64,000 nt of DNA from Candidatus Dadabacteria bacterium (GTDB lineage Bacteria; Desulfobacterota_D; UBA1144; Nemesobacterales; CSP1-2), in assembly GCA_963805855.1 (NCBI GenBank), contig CAWDVW010000007.1, forward strand, positions 32,001 to 96,000, written 5' to 3'. Below, piece after piece: positions 1-10,415 of this stretch. The notes under the pieces were generated by a model that saw nothing but the letters and a program-made list of their open reading frames with translations, searched no databases and was not told the origin of the DNA. The stretch's first letter is position 1. Each line of letters starts with the position of its first letter. The translations under genes were made by a program, and so were the position numbers.

Positions 1-98
1 TGGAATCCCATATGAGTTAATCTAGTCGCAACCATTCTCGCTAGGGTTGATTTTCCGGAACTGGGTAGCCCAGTAAACCATAAAGTATAACCTTTCAA
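1..98 (-). CDS. cysC: Adenylyl-sulfate (APS) kinase, N-terminal part; runs off the window start
   Basis: Manual translation from TTG at 98 (AGGAG RBS at 106-110) gives MKGYTLWFTGLPSSGKSTLARMVA, the APS kinase P-loop N-terminus. Not in the ORF track. Confidence 0.8.
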   Translation of the reverse strand, partial: MKGYTLWFTGLPSSGKSTLARMVATRLTHMGF

Positions 99-196
99 AG
101 CTATTCTCCTTTTAATTGACTCGGATTGTTTGTTGATTCAAATGCCGAAAATGGCGCTTCAGTAGGAATTCTAATTATGCTATATCCATTTCCGGT

Positions 197-1807
197 CTAT
201 GCTGCTTTTTTCTTTAAGGCGGAGTTGGCAAGTTTTTCTGCCTTTTCTATTCCATCTGTTGAGGCTGATATTAAATTCAAGGATTTTTCACCTATCTCTA
301 AAGTTAAGTTGAAGTCGTTGCCAATTTCCTTCTCATAATCTGCGATTGGATTTATTATTTTTTCTAAATATCTTTTAAAGGAATCCAATGTCCTTCTCCT
401 TACTTTTCCATAACCCTTTACCATGCTTCCACTCTTTGCAACTAGGCATCCCAGTGCATAGTTTGTTTTGGAGTATCTCTCCACATAGGCTACATATGTT
501 TTTATGTATGAATGTTCTTTCTTGAATCTGTAAGAATAAGGTCTAAATTTTTTGAGTTTCGTCAGCACCCATAGTCTCAAACTCCCAAAAAATGAAGATG
601 TCGTAGGAGATTGGGCAAAGGTTATCTTATTACTACTAGACCAAATCTTTTTGAACAACCCAGTATCTGTTAGTTTTACCATCGGTGACACCAAGAAATT
701 TGGTAGTAGTCCGTAAATCTCTTCGGCATCCGGATTGAGGTAATCTATTACATGAAAAACTTGATCGTCGCGCAATTGCATTTCCTTCTGTATGCGTTTA
801 AATCTTTCCGGGTTAATCTTAAGCTCTGCCACCCGAATTCCATCTTCATAACTCATCCAAAGGGCTAGGTTCTTTGCAAATGATTCGGTGAGCAAAAAGC
901 TGTTAAAGCCCGAGTTTTTATCTATTTGGTAAATATTCTTCAATGTATCTAAATACTTTTCTGCGTACCATACGTCTTGATAATCAGTAAGACGATATAG
1001 AGACTCTGCGAGAATTTCTCTTAGCCTTTCGGGATATTCATTTTCAACTTTTAGTAATAAGGAGAATAGGCCCTCTTTCTTGCTAGGATCTACCCTGGCT
1101 AATCTGTCACTTTTTAGGTCATCCCACTTTAAGTCTGATTTTACTAAAGATATTTTATACTTATTTGACTTGATGTAGTCCCACCCTATTCTAAAAGCTT
1201 TGATGTTATTTTCAACTGCTATCCCTACTTGTGATATAGCTTTGAGAAAGCTAGCTTCTGCGATTGGTAAAGCTGCTGACGCACCCAGGGCCCCCAGGAG
1301 AATTGCGTTTATAGCTAGTTCATCCATTCCATGCTCTTTTGCTAGTGCAAGGGCGTCCAGACCAACAAATCTTGAAGAGAACGCGGTTGCTAACTTGTGC
1401 AGGTTCTCGTCAGAGTAGATACCGCTAGAGAGGGGCATTTTTTCGAGAGTTGAGTAAATCCTATGTGTGCTAGAGACGATCTTTGTTTTATCTGATCCGT
1501 ATCCGAGTTCTAACACTCTTCCGAGTTCCAAGAACTCCTGGGCCAAAATAATATCAATATCCCCCGGCAAAGGGTATTGAGAAAAAATTATTGGTTTTGG
1601 ATCGGGTTTTACATTTGAATAAGATTCGAGATAGTACATTGTTGACCCGCCACGCTGCGAGAGCCCGGGGAGTCCGACTCCTTGCACCTCAAATCCCTCA
1701 ATCAGAAATAGTTGGACGAGCCATTCTGTGAGAACTCCTCCACCCTGACCTCCGACTGCGGGAATTAGGATCTTTATTAATTTGTTATTTCTATCCATTA
1801 TTTTCAC
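197..1807 (-). CDS. iorB: Indolepyruvate ferredoxin oxidoreductase beta-subunit family protein (long form)
   Basis: AVGGQGGGVL and GLSQRGGST motifs; C-terminal LALWMSYED and VKGYGKVR; directly downstream of the alpha subunit. Confidence 0.85.
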   Translation of the reverse strand: MKIMDRNNKLIKILIPAVGGQGGGVLTEWLVQLFLIEGFEVQGVGLPGLSQRGGSTMYYLESYSNVKPDPKPIIFSQYPLPGDIDIILAQEFLELGRVLELGYGSDKTKIVSSTHRIYSTLEKMPLSSGIYSDENLHKLATAFSSRFVGLDALALAKEHGMDELAINAILLGALGASAALPIAEASFLKAISQVGIAVENNIKAFRIGWDYIKSNKYKISLVKSDLKWDDLKSDRLARVDPSKKEGLFSLLLKVENEYPERLREILAESLYRLTDYQDVWYAEKYLDTLKNIYQIDKNSGFNSFLLTESFAKNLALWMSYEDGIRVAELKINPERFKRIQKEMQLRDDQVFHVIDYLNPDAEEIYGLLPNFLVSPMVKLTDTGLFKKIWSSSNKITFAQSPTTSSFFGSLRLWVLTKLKKFRPYSYRFKKEHSYIKTYVAYVERYSKTNYALGCLVAKSGSMVKGYGKVRRRTLDSFKRYLEKIINPIADYEKEIGNDFNLTLEIGEKSLNLISASTDGIEKAEKLANSALKKKAA

Positions 1808-1878
1808 GCTTAAGATCAGGCAGATCGCCCTAAATCAAATTCAAAGTAGAAGGTACAATTGATTGCAATAGTGTGTCT

Positions 1879-4014
1879 TCAGTTTGCCATTACGTTTTTT
1901 GAAATTAAGTGCAGCAGCATGCCGTTAACCTTAGACTCAAACTTATCGACTAATGAGGGGTTATCTATTATTTCTACCTTGTAAAATGATGGACATAATA
2001 CAGCAGCGTGAGCTATTTCTCCACATAGACCACATCCAACACAAGACTGCTCAATGTGTGCGATTGGATCGTCCCTCAGGATCGAGGGACTTTCTTTTAA
2101 TGTAAGCGACGGACAACCGTTATATCTCATACAGGAGTGATCACCGGTGCAGACATCAGGGTCCACACCGAGTTTTGCCTGCACCAATCTTTTTCCTGAC
2201 TTTATCCTCTTACTTATTAATTTTCTCTCTTTTCTGGTCTTCTCAAGTTGGCACTCGCCCTTTGAGATAATCACTTTAAGACCTTCATTAGTTTCATATG
2301 CTTTTCGAAGAACATTCAAAGATTCCTTTAAATCGTAGGGATCAACCTTTTTTATCCATTTAACGCCCGCCCCCTTTAATGCTTTTTCAATATCCATTCC
2401 TACTTCTTCCTGCCTCATATTTTTTCCAGAGGCTGGATTTTCATGATGTCCTGTCATTGACGTCCAGAAATTTTCTAATATGACTAATATAGCATCCTGC
2501 TTATTATAAACAGCATTTATTATGCTTGTCGTAAGACCACTGTGCCAGAAGGTCCCGTCACCCATAAAGGAAATTATTCTTTTGTTTGCCATGCGAGATA
2601 GTGCTCCTGCGGAAGCAAGTCCGATGCCCATTCCTGTGATGGAGTTACTAAGATCAAATGGGGGGAGACCACTCATTGAATAGCAACCAATATCAGATGC
2701 ATAATAAGATTTACCGTAATCCTCTTCCAATATTTTTATAGCTGTGAATATCGGCCGTTCGGGACAACCGGTGCAAAATACAGGGTTTCTCTTTGTAACT
2801 GGTTCGTCCAAAAAGTGGGCGGCCTTTTCTTTGTGTTTTGCAACAAATTCGCTTTGCTCCTGTATTTTCTGCTTTTCTTGTCTTGAAAGGGTGTTTTCGA
2901 TAATAAAGGTGCCAATTCCCTTTGTAATGTGATCAGGTGTATATTCTCCTTCCTGAGGAAGAATGTCTTTGCCAAAAATCTCAAGATCGAGTTTCGATCT
3001 TTGCGCTATCGACCTGATCTGCTCTTCAATTAGGTTTGGCATCCCCTCTTCCACTATTAAGACCGCTTTTTTGCCCTTAAGAAAATTAATGATTTCTTCG
3101 GGAACAATTGGATTAGTTACGTTCAAATTCAATATTGGGAACCTACATTCCCCATTGAGATTGGATTCACCTAAATTGTATAAACATCTTATCAAAGAGT
3201 TAAATATCATCCCGTGTGTAATTATTCCGATACTGTTATCTTCGCCCTGAAAAACCTCGTTCAAGTTGTTGTCTATTATAAATTTTCTTGCGGCAGGTAT
3301 CCTTTCATGAAACTTTTTTCTTTCGTGTTCGAAAGTAAATGGCGGAAGAGGGATCTTTTCCAGATCCGTGATCAAGTCGTTGAGCGGGGTTAAGGTGCTA
3401 ATTTTTGGCAAAACGTTATTTTTACACTTAATCTTATTCCTGATGTGTGCGATCCTCGTAGATAAAAGAAACATCACCGGCATGTTAGAGGATTCTGATA
3501 ATCCGAACCCGTATTCGACCATCTTGGCAACATGTTGCAGGTCACCCCTCGGATCGATCACGGCCATGGTGGATTTTAGAGCCAACGGAAGCGCTTTTTC
3601 TGCAACACATGTGCTGTCACAACCGTAGTCTTCTCCAACAACTATCATTGCACCACCGACTACACCCGACGAGGATATATGGGCTAGCGCATCGGAGGCG
3701 ACATTAGTTCCAACTATTTTCCAGTTTGCAGATCCACGAATCGGGTAACTTATTGAAGCGGATAGTAGCGCAGCTGCAGACGCTTCGTTACCAGAGCTGT
3801 CAAAGTAGATTCCCCTATTCTTTAATACAGGTTCGTATGCATCAGAAATTGCGTCGATTATTCCGGCGGTTGGGGAGCCGGGGTATCCTCCTAGATAGCT
3901 CACGCCAGATTGAAGGAATGCCTTTAATATTACGAGGGGAGTGTCACCATAAAGTATTTTCCCTTCGCCAAGGTTTAATTGTTCTATTATCTCTTTTGAG
4001 TAGACACTTCCCAT
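1879..4014 (-). CDS. iorA: Indolepyruvate ferredoxin oxidoreductase alpha subunit
   Basis: GGYPGSP, FCTGCPERP, DIGC, TPP-binding MGDGTFWHSG, C-terminal ferredoxin CVGCGLC. Confidence 0.9.
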   Translation of the reverse strand: MGSVYSKEIIEQLNLGEGKILYGDTPLVILKAFLQSGVSYLGGYPGSPTAGIIDAISDAYEPVLKNRGIYFDSSGNEASAAALLSASISYPIRGSANWKIVGTNVASDALAHISSSGVVGGAMIVVGEDYGCDSTCVAEKALPLALKSTMAVIDPRGDLQHVAKMVEYGFGLSESSNMPVMFLLSTRIAHIRNKIKCKNNVLPKISTLTPLNDLITDLEKIPLPPFTFEHERKKFHERIPAARKFIIDNNLNEVFQGEDNSIGIITHGMIFNSLIRCLYNLGESNLNGECRFPILNLNVTNPIVPEEIINFLKGKKAVLIVEEGMPNLIEEQIRSIAQRSKLDLEIFGKDILPQEGEYTPDHITKGIGTFIIENTLSRQEKQKIQEQSEFVAKHKEKAAHFLDEPVTKRNPVFCTGCPERPIFTAIKILEEDYGKSYYASDIGCYSMSGLPPFDLSNSITGMGIGLASAGALSRMANKRIISFMGDGTFWHSGLTTSIINAVYNKQDAILVILENFWTSMTGHHENPASGKNMRQEEVGMDIEKALKGAGVKWIKKVDPYDLKESLNVLRKAYETNEGLKVIISKGECQLEKTRKERKLISKRIKSGKRLVQAKLGVDPDVCTGDHSCMRYNGCPSLTLKESPSILRDDPIAHIEQSCVGCGLCGEIAHAAVLCPSFYKVEIIDNPSLVDKFESKVNGMLLHLISKNVMAN

Positions 4015-4104
4015 TTCTAATCTTGCCTAATTAGCTCTCGCCACCTATTAGTTATCTTGCAAAGTCTACCAGAAAACGCTTGGAGATACTAGGGCAGTTG
4101 ATTC

Positions 4105-4818
4105 TCAAGGTTTTGTCATAGCGTCCTGCATCTTTCTCTTTAACTCTGCCACAAACATATCTGCCTGTCTTGTTGGTCCGGGTATTCTAAAGCCATTTGC
4201 GCATCGAAGTGTCACTCTTATCGAGGTCTTGAGATCGATTCTGTGTCCGATAGAAACAAAGACCGGCCTTGTATTATTTCTCGTTCTTAACACGGCGCCT
4301 ATTGATTTCCCATTGTGTGAGCTGAGTTCCGTCCAGTCTCCTCGCATCTCTCCCGGCTCATCGAAACTGCCATAGAGCCGTTTTTTCGCCACCCCAATTG
4401 ATGGCATGTCCAGTATTACCCCTACATGGCTGGCAATCCCACACCCTCTTGGGTGAGCAATTCCCTGCCCATCTACCATTAGCATGTCGGGCTTCGTTTT
4501 AAGTTGTTTGACAGTCCCAATTATCGCTGGGCCTTCTCTGAAAGCAAGGAGTCCGGGAATGTAAGGAAATACTACCCTTACGATAGCAGAACATCTTTCA
4601 ATCTCTATAAGCTCAGGAAATGAGTACACCAGGATGCCACATATAAGTTGTTCCCCTCCCTGAATTTGTGCGAGGTCTACTCCGGCAATCGTATTTATTT
4701 CTCGAAAACCATTCTGTGCTATAACCCTTTTCTGAAGCTCCCGCTGAATTGCCAATGCCTCTTCATAAAGGGGTTTATACTCAGGGTCGGTTATCCTTTC
4801 GAGATTAATGCGCTCCAT
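4105..4818 (-). CDS. nfi: Endonuclease V (deoxyinosine 3' endonuclease)
   Basis: AGVD, FPYIPGLLAFRE, VDGQGIAHPRGCGIASH, SIGVAK, PTRQAD motifs; ATG at 4818 preferred. Confidence 0.95.
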   Translation of the reverse strand: MERINLERITDPEYKPLYEEALAIQRELQKRVIAQNGFREINTIAGVDLAQIQGGEQLICGILVYSFPELIEIERCSAIVRVVFPYIPGLLAFREGPAIIGTVKQLKTKPDMLMVDGQGIAHPRGCGIASHVGVILDMPSIGVAKKRLYGSFDEPGEMRGDWTELSSHNGKSIGAVLRTRNNTRPVFVSIGHRIDLKTSIRVTLRCANGFRIPGPTRQADMFVAELKRKMQDAMTKP

Positions 4819-5056
4819 ATTTTTCACTAATCAATCTTTTGAATCTAGGGGCATAAATAATTTCGAACGCGTCTTCCTTGCCGGGAAAGAGCCTCAATGC
4901 GTAGTTTTTGACTTTAACATAATGCTCCAGGGCTTCTTCTCGAGTCATGTTCGCCTGGTATATCAAAGAAAGGGTGAGATCAACCATAAACCTCAGTCTT
5001 CTGATCTTCTTATTTTCTTCTTTTATTTCCTCTGGAGAAGGTCCTTGCAGTTTCAT
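4805..5056 (-). CDS. Small hypothetical protein (83 aa) overlapping the nfi start
   Basis: ATG-started helical ORF, 3' end overlaps nfi, suggesting translational coupling. Confidence 0.7.
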   Translation of the reverse strand: MKLQGPSPEEIKEENKKIRRLRFMVDLTLSLIYQANMTREEALEHYVKVKNYALRLFPGKEDAFEIIYAPRFKRLISEKYGAH

Positions 5057-5265
5057 TTATCCGAGTTTTTTAAAACCTGAGATATCTATCCATTATTATA
5101 TATTTAGGAAGATTATATTCAAAACCTAGCGTTTTAAATTTTACAGTTTTTTGACTGCTACATCTGGCTCTGGTAATAAGATTAACAAGCCAGAGATAGC
5201 ATTTTGAGATTGCATGTCTTTGGTTTTTCTTGAACAACGAGCAAGTGTTAGATAGATTTAAGGGC

Positions 5266-6243
5266 ATGAGTCTCCGAATGGCCTTCATCATGGATCCGAT
5301 TCATACGATTAATATCGACAAAGATACTACGTTTGTCTTTATGCTCGAGTCACAAGAGAGAGGCCATGAGGTCTGGTATACTGAGCTTAAGGATATCTTC
5401 GTACGAGATGGCAGGGTTTGGGGGACTGTTTCGGAGATCAGTTTAAATCGGTCTGCTGATTATTATAAATTGGGTAGAGTAGATACTGCTCCTCTTGAGA
5501 GCTTTCACGTTGTTTGGATGAGGAAAGACCCTCCCTTCAATTTAGACTACATATACGCTACATATTTTCTCAGCTTGATTGATCCCGGCTCGACGCTTGT
5601 TATAAATAATCCAAGGGGAATAAGGGAATCGAACGAGAAGTTATATACACTCTACTTTCCGGATATTATTCCACCGAGTCTTGTTGCTAAGGATATAGAT
5701 CGCTTAGGGAATTTTGTTAGTGAAGTTGGGGGGGAGATAGTTGTAAAACCACTGGATGGCCACGGTGGCGAGGGGGTTTTCTATGTGAGGGAAGGTGATA
5801 AAAACGCTAACGTTATTCTTGAGACAGTAACTGAGTTTGGGAGTCGATATATACTCGCTCAAAAGTTTATAAAAGAGGTGTCAGAGGGTGACAAGAGGAT
5901 TGTTTTATTGAACGGCGAACCCCTTGGGGCTGTTCTTAGGCTTTCCAAACCGGGTGGTGAGTTTAGATGCAATTTTCACTCAGGAGGAAGTCCCCATAAA
6001 TCGAAGATTGACGAGAGAGATTTACTAATTTGCGAAGCCTTAGCTCCCAGGTTGAGGGATGATGGGCTCTATTTTGTAGGCATTGATATTGTTGGAGGTT
6101 ATCTGACGGAAATAAACACTACCAGTCCTACAGGGGTACAGGAAATAAATAGATTAGATGGGGCTAAGCTGGAAGCTCAGGTCTTAGATTTTGTTGAGAG
6201 GAAATGTCAAAGTTCTAACCACGAAATTGGTTATAACAATTGA
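5266..6243 (+). CDS. gshB: Glutathione synthetase
   Basis: AFIMDP, MRKDPPF, NEKL, VVKPLDGHGG, GDKRI, EINTTSPTG; ATG at 5266. Confidence 0.95.
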   Translation: MSLRMAFIMDPIHTINIDKDTTFVFMLESQERGHEVWYTELKDIFVRDGRVWGTVSEISLNRSADYYKLGRVDTAPLESFHVVWMRKDPPFNLDYIYATYFLSLIDPGSTLVINNPRGIRESNEKLYTLYFPDIIPPSLVAKDIDRLGNFVSEVGGEIVVKPLDGHGGEGVFYVREGDKNANVILETVTEFGSRYILAQKFIKEVSEGDKRIVLLNGEPLGAVLRLSKPGGEFRCNFHSGGSPHKSKIDERDLLICEALAPRLRDDGLYFVGIDIVGGYLTEINTTSPTGVQEINRLDGAKLEAQVLDFVERKCQSSNHEIGYNN

Positions 6244-6376
6244 AATGTAGTGAAACTATATTTTTATAGATGTGATGGCCGATCCTCAGTGTTAAATTTA
6301 TATTAAGGTCAATTAGCCGGTTGAGAATTCATCTCGGTGAAGTCATATACTCTTACATGACTCAAGGAGCAAAAAG

Positions 6377-6667
6377 ATGAGAATCTCGAGAGAAACTGTC
6401 TTACATGTTGCTGAACTGGCAAGGTTGGAGTTCCAGGAGAATGAGCTTGATAAGTTTCGAGAACAACTAGAAAATATTCTTGGTTATATAGAAAATCTCA
6501 ATAAGCTAGACACCTCCGGCGTAGAACCAACTTATCACGTATTAGAGATTAATACTCCCCTAAGAAGGGATATAGTCGAACCATGGCTTAGCGTCGATCA
6601 GGCTTTAGAGAATTCTCCAGATAGAGAGCATGATTTCTTTGCCGTTCCCAAGGTAATAGAAGGATAA
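6377..6667 (+). CDS. gatC: Asp/Glu-tRNA amidotransferase subunit C
   Basis: [26 protein letters not shown]; directly upstream of gatA. Confidence 0.95.
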   Translation: MRISRETVLHVAELARLEFQENELDKFREQLENILGYIENLNKLDTSGVEPTYHVLEINTPLRRDIVEPWLSVDQALENSPDREHDFFAVPKVIEG

Positions 6668-6677
6668 GGAGAAGCAA

Positions 6678-8180
6678 ATGGATCTGCCGTTTCTTACGAT
6701 ACGAGAGACTTCTGATTTGATTAGGCGGAGAGAAGTTTCATCCCTTGATCTTACACAATCGTTACTGAGTCGGATAGAGAAGCTCGATAGCAGGCTGAAT
6801 TCATACATAACTGTTCTCAAAGATCAATCGGCTGAGTCCGCAAAGGAGGCTGATAGAGAAATTGCTTCCGGCAATTACCGGAGTCCGCTGCATGGGATAC
6901 CAATTAGTCTTAAGGATATATTCGTTATGATGGGTGTGCGAACAACATGTGGCTCGAAGATATTGGAGAACTTTGTGTCTCCCTATGACTCGACCGTTGC
7001 GAAAAAACTCAAAGCTGCGGGAGCAATAATATTGGGGAAAAGCAATATGGATGAATTCGCCATGGGATCATCTACGGAAACTTCATATTTTGGTCCCACG
7101 ATGAACCCATGGGATTTGGAAAGGGTTCCAGGCGGCTCTAGCGGGGGTTCTGCTTCCGCGGTTGCGGCTTCACTTTGCTTTGCTTCGGTCGGAACCGATA
7201 CAGGGGGCTCAATCAGGCAGCCTGCAGCCCTTTGTGGCGTCGTCGGCATGAAACCCACTTATGGTAGGGTGAGCAGATTTGGTATGATTGCGTTTGCTTC
7301 GTCTCTCGATCAGGGGGGGCCTATAGCCAAATCGGTCGAGGATGCTGCAATTATGCTGAAATTAATCTCAGGGGGCGATTCTAGGGATTCGACCTCCCTA
7401 AATATTTCTGTTCCCGATTACAGGGAATGCCTTAAAGAAGGTATCAGGGGTATCAGGATAGGGGTTCCTCAAGAATATTTTGTTAAGGGAATAGATAGCG
7501 AGGTCGAGCAAGCAATACGAGGTGCTATAGCTTTGGTTGAAGATCTTGGTGGCGATGTAGAAGAAATTTCACTTCCCCACACTGAGTATGCAGTTTCAGC
7601 TTACTACATCATTGCCCCTTCCGAGGCTAGCTCAAACCTGGCAAGGTATGATGGGGTCCGTTATGGCCTTCGAATGACCGAAGCTAAGAGCCTTTTTGAT
7701 ATGTATAGGGAAACCAGAGCTGCCGGATTTGGTGACGAGGTTAAAAGAAGAATAATGATAGGTACTTATGGACTATCTGCCGGTTATTATGATGCCTACT
7801 ATTTGAAGGCCCAGCGTGTTAGGACTCTCATAAAAAGGGATTTTGAGGAAGCCTTTAAAAAAGTCGACGTAATCGTGACACCGACAACCCCGGAACCTGC
7901 CTTTAGGATCGGTGAGAAAAGTGATGATCCACTTAAGATGTATCTTTCAGATATTTTTACGATTCCTTGTAACCTCGCAGGGCTTCCCGGCATATCCATA
8001 CCGTGTGGGTTTACGACAAATGGTCTTCCCATAGGACTTCAGATTCTTGGGAAGCCATTCGATGAAGAAACGATATTAAGGGTAGCCTACGCCTATGAAC
8101 AGCACACAAATTGGGGGAAAGAAGACCCTCAATTTGATCAGAATGCAGGATTCATGATGCAAGATACAGGATACAATTAA
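6678..8180 (+). CDS. gatA: Asp/Glu-tRNA amidotransferase subunit A
   Basis: Amidase signature [39 protein letters not shown]. Confidence 0.97.
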   Translation: MDLPFLTIRETSDLIRRREVSSLDLTQSLLSRIEKLDSRLNSYITVLKDQSAESAKEADREIASGNYRSPLHGIPISLKDIFVMMGVRTTCGSKILENFVSPYDSTVAKKLKAAGAIILGKSNMDEFAMGSSTETSYFGPTMNPWDLERVPGGSSGGSASAVAASLCFASVGTDTGGSIRQPAALCGVVGMKPTYGRVSRFGMIAFASSLDQGGPIAKSVEDAAIMLKLISGGDSRDSTSLNISVPDYRECLKEGIRGIRIGVPQEYFVKGIDSEVEQAIRGAIALVEDLGGDVEEISLPHTEYAVSAYYIIAPSEASSNLARYDGVRYGLRMTEAKSLFDMYRETRAAGFGDEVKRRIMIGTYGLSAGYYDAYYLKAQRVRTLIKRDFEEAFKKVDVIVTPTTPEPAFRIGEKSDDPLKMYLSDIFTIPCNLAGLPGISIPCGFTTNGLPIGLQILGKPFDEETILRVAYAYEQHTNWGKEDPQFDQNAGFMMQDTGYN

Positions 8181-8218
8181 AACGATTGCTTTATCATGCA
8201 TCATGTATCGTGTATCGT
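8142..8218. repeat. Heptamer-periodic inverted repeat, copy A
   Basis: AATGCAG GATTCAT GATGCAA GATACAG GATACAA, spacer, then ATCATGC ATCATGT ATCGTGT ATCGT. Confidence 0.8.
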
Positions 8219-8272
8219 TATGTTAGACTCTGAGGTTGGCGATTGTTTCTTGTGAAAAAGGGAGGTCGAGAT

Positions 8273-8452
8273 ATGTCCGAAAAGAAAAAGGTGTGTATGA
8301 TTTGTGGAAGGCCGTCCGAAGTTACAATCTGTGACGCGTGTAAAGCCCAGATTCAGGGTGAAGCAATTGATAAAAAGAAAAAAATGGAAAAGGACGTCAG
8401 GGTAGGCGACGAAATTGAGAAAGACAGGAAAATAAAACATAAGGGTGAGTAG
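8273..8452 (+). CDS. Small Cys-rich hypothetical protein (CxxC...CxxC, putative zinc finger)
   Basis: GGAGG RBS before ATG 8273; CMIC and CDAC motifs. Confidence 0.7.
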   Translation: MSEKKKVCMICGRPSEVTICDACKAQIQGEAIDKKKKMEKDVRVGDEIEKDRKIKHKGE

Positions 8453-8476
8453 AATTCTGGTGGGGTATCTTTAAAA

Positions 8477-9313
8477 TCACCTGTTCCAAATTTTTAAAGC
8501 TTCTCTGTACAGTTGGTTTTTGGGTAATTTTGATTTTATAGCAAGCTCTTCGACTGCATTTTTCAGACTAAATCCTCTATCCTTATAAGATCTTATATCT
8601 CGTTCCAATTTTTCGATTGAAAATTCTCTATGTTCATCTTTGTTCCCTTCGATCACAAATGTAAATTCGCCCTTTAGTTCTTTTTTTTCTCTTAATCTCT
8701 CAATCACATCGGAAATCTTCCCCGTAATGGTTTCTTCAAACATTTTTGTTAGCTCTCGGCTTACCGATATCTGCCTGTCTCCAAATACTTCTATGATTGA
8801 TGCGAGTGTGTCTATAATCCTTCTGGATGATTCATAAAATATGAGGGTTTGTTCCAGGTCCTTGATTTCTCTTAAAAACTGCCCTTTCTTATTCTTCGTC
8901 TTTGGAAGAAAGCCAAAAAAGCTGAAACTTGATGTGGGAAGCCCGGATATACTCAACGCTGCAACTGCCGCGGAAGGTCCCGGAACGCTGATTACATCTA
9001 TTCCGTTTTCAGAGGCAGTTTTGACGAGTCTAAATCCTGGGTCAGAGATGCCTGGGGTGCCGGCATCAGAAACCAGCGCGATGTTCATGCCAGCTTCTAA
9101 CTGGCTTAGGAGATCTTTCGCTTTCTCCCTCTCATTGTGCTCGTGATAACTCGTAAGTGGTTTTCTGATCTGATAGTGAGAAAGGAGCTTTCGGGTATTT
9201 CTAGTGTCTTCACAGGCGATGAGATCGACTTCCTTCAGAATCCTGATGGCCCTGAGAGAGATATCCTCAAGATTTCCAATAGGCGTTGATACAACATACA
9301 GCTTTCCTTTCAT
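8477..9313 (-). CDS. rsmI: 16S rRNA C1402 2'-O-methyltransferase
   Basis: LYVVSTPIGNLEDIS, CEDTR, VSDAGTPGISDPG, RELTKMFE. Confidence 0.95.
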   Translation of the reverse strand: MKGKLYVVSTPIGNLEDISLRAIRILKEVDLIACEDTRNTRKLLSHYQIRKPLTSYHEHNEREKAKDLLSQLEAGMNIALVSDAGTPGISDPGFRLVKTASENGIDVISVPGPSAAVAALSISGLPTSSFSFFGFLPKTKNKKGQFLREIKDLEQTLIFYESSRRIIDTLASIIEVFGDRQISVSRELTKMFEETITGKISDVIERLREKKELKGEFTFVIEGNKDEHREFSIEKLERDIRSYKDRGFSLKNAVEELAIKSKLPKNQLYREALKIWNR

Positions 9314-9323
9314 TTAGAAAAAG

Positions 9324-9425
9324 AATACAAGATGCTCAATGCAGGATGCAAGATGAAACTGTTAAAATGAATGAAACGACGTAAATCCTATATCGTGCAT
9401 CGTGCATCATGTATCCTGCATCGTG
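9324..9425. repeat. Heptamer-periodic inverted repeat, copy B
   Basis: GATGCAA-type units, spacer, then ATCGTGC/ATCATGT/ATCCTGC units; abuts the tRNA-Ser 3' end. Confidence 0.8.
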
Positions 9426-9428
9426 AGA

Positions 9429-9514
<86 letters not shown>

Positions 9515-9678
9515 AAACCAATTCAATCTAGGAAAGATTATACATAAATGGTAGTTGAATTGTAGGGATGGCCTTCAATCCGATCAGGCTGAGTACGTCG
9601 ACTGAACTCAGTACAGGCCGTGTCGAAGTGTGACCGGACGTATTGACTATCCGACGGTTGCGGGTGTACGCAGAAAAA

Positions 9679-10284
9679 TTACGCCGCTAATTCGAGGATT
9701 CTTTTGATATGATTCTTGGGTATTTCGATAGGCTCTATTCTATCGTCTATATTCTCTCTCCACCGTTTAAACTCATATCCGTAGACAGCGCATCTGAGCA
9801 ATGATCTGATGTGTTTATGCAAGACGATGAGGATTGTTTCGTTTGGATAAGACAGGGCTATTTCTTTAATGGTTTTTAATATCCTTTTCTGGGCCGACTG
9901 TATCGTCTCTGTGCCATCGGGGATGGGTATAGATGAGGGGTCTTCTTCAAACCACTTTTTGAAATCTGAATCATGTAATAATTCCTGAATCTTTTTCCCG
10001 TTCCAACTTCCGTGATCAATTTCCTTAAGTCCAGGATTTATATGAAGGGGTATACCAAGATGATCTGCATAGGTTTTGGCTGTTTCATATGCTCTTTTCA
10101 ATGGACTGCTAATGATCCTCTGCACGCCTAAACTCTCTATTAGGGGTAAGTTAGCGTGCGCTTCGTCTCTGCCCTCTTGGCATAAAGGTATATCGGATGT
10201 TCCGACAAGCCGCTTTTCTAAGTTCCATTGTGTTTTACAATGACGCGCCAGGAAGATTTTCGGAGGATTATCTGGGATGAGCAT
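9679..10284 (-). CDS. Histidine phosphatase (phosphoglycerate mutase-like) family protein
   Basis: FLARHCKT, SSPLKRAYETA, LKEIDHGSW, IVLH. Confidence 0.85.
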   Translation of the reverse strand: MLIPDNPPKIFLARHCKTQWNLEKRLVGTSDIPLCQEGRDEAHANLPLIESLGVQRIISSPLKRAYETAKTYADHLGIPLHINPGLKEIDHGSWNGKKIQELLHDSDFKKWFEEDPSSIPIPDGTETIQSAQKRILKTIKEIALSYPNETILIVLHKHIRSLLRCAVYGYEFKRWRENIDDRIEPIEIPKNHIKRILELAA

Positions 10285-10415
10285 TGGCGATTAAAATTAT
10301 TTTGCCTATCAAGTGAAAACTATAGAATAATCATTGATATTAAACACGTTAAGAGGTTAGAACAGAGATTTTCGAGTTTATTTAATAGGGGCTCGTACCA
10401 TTGAACGTGTTTGAA

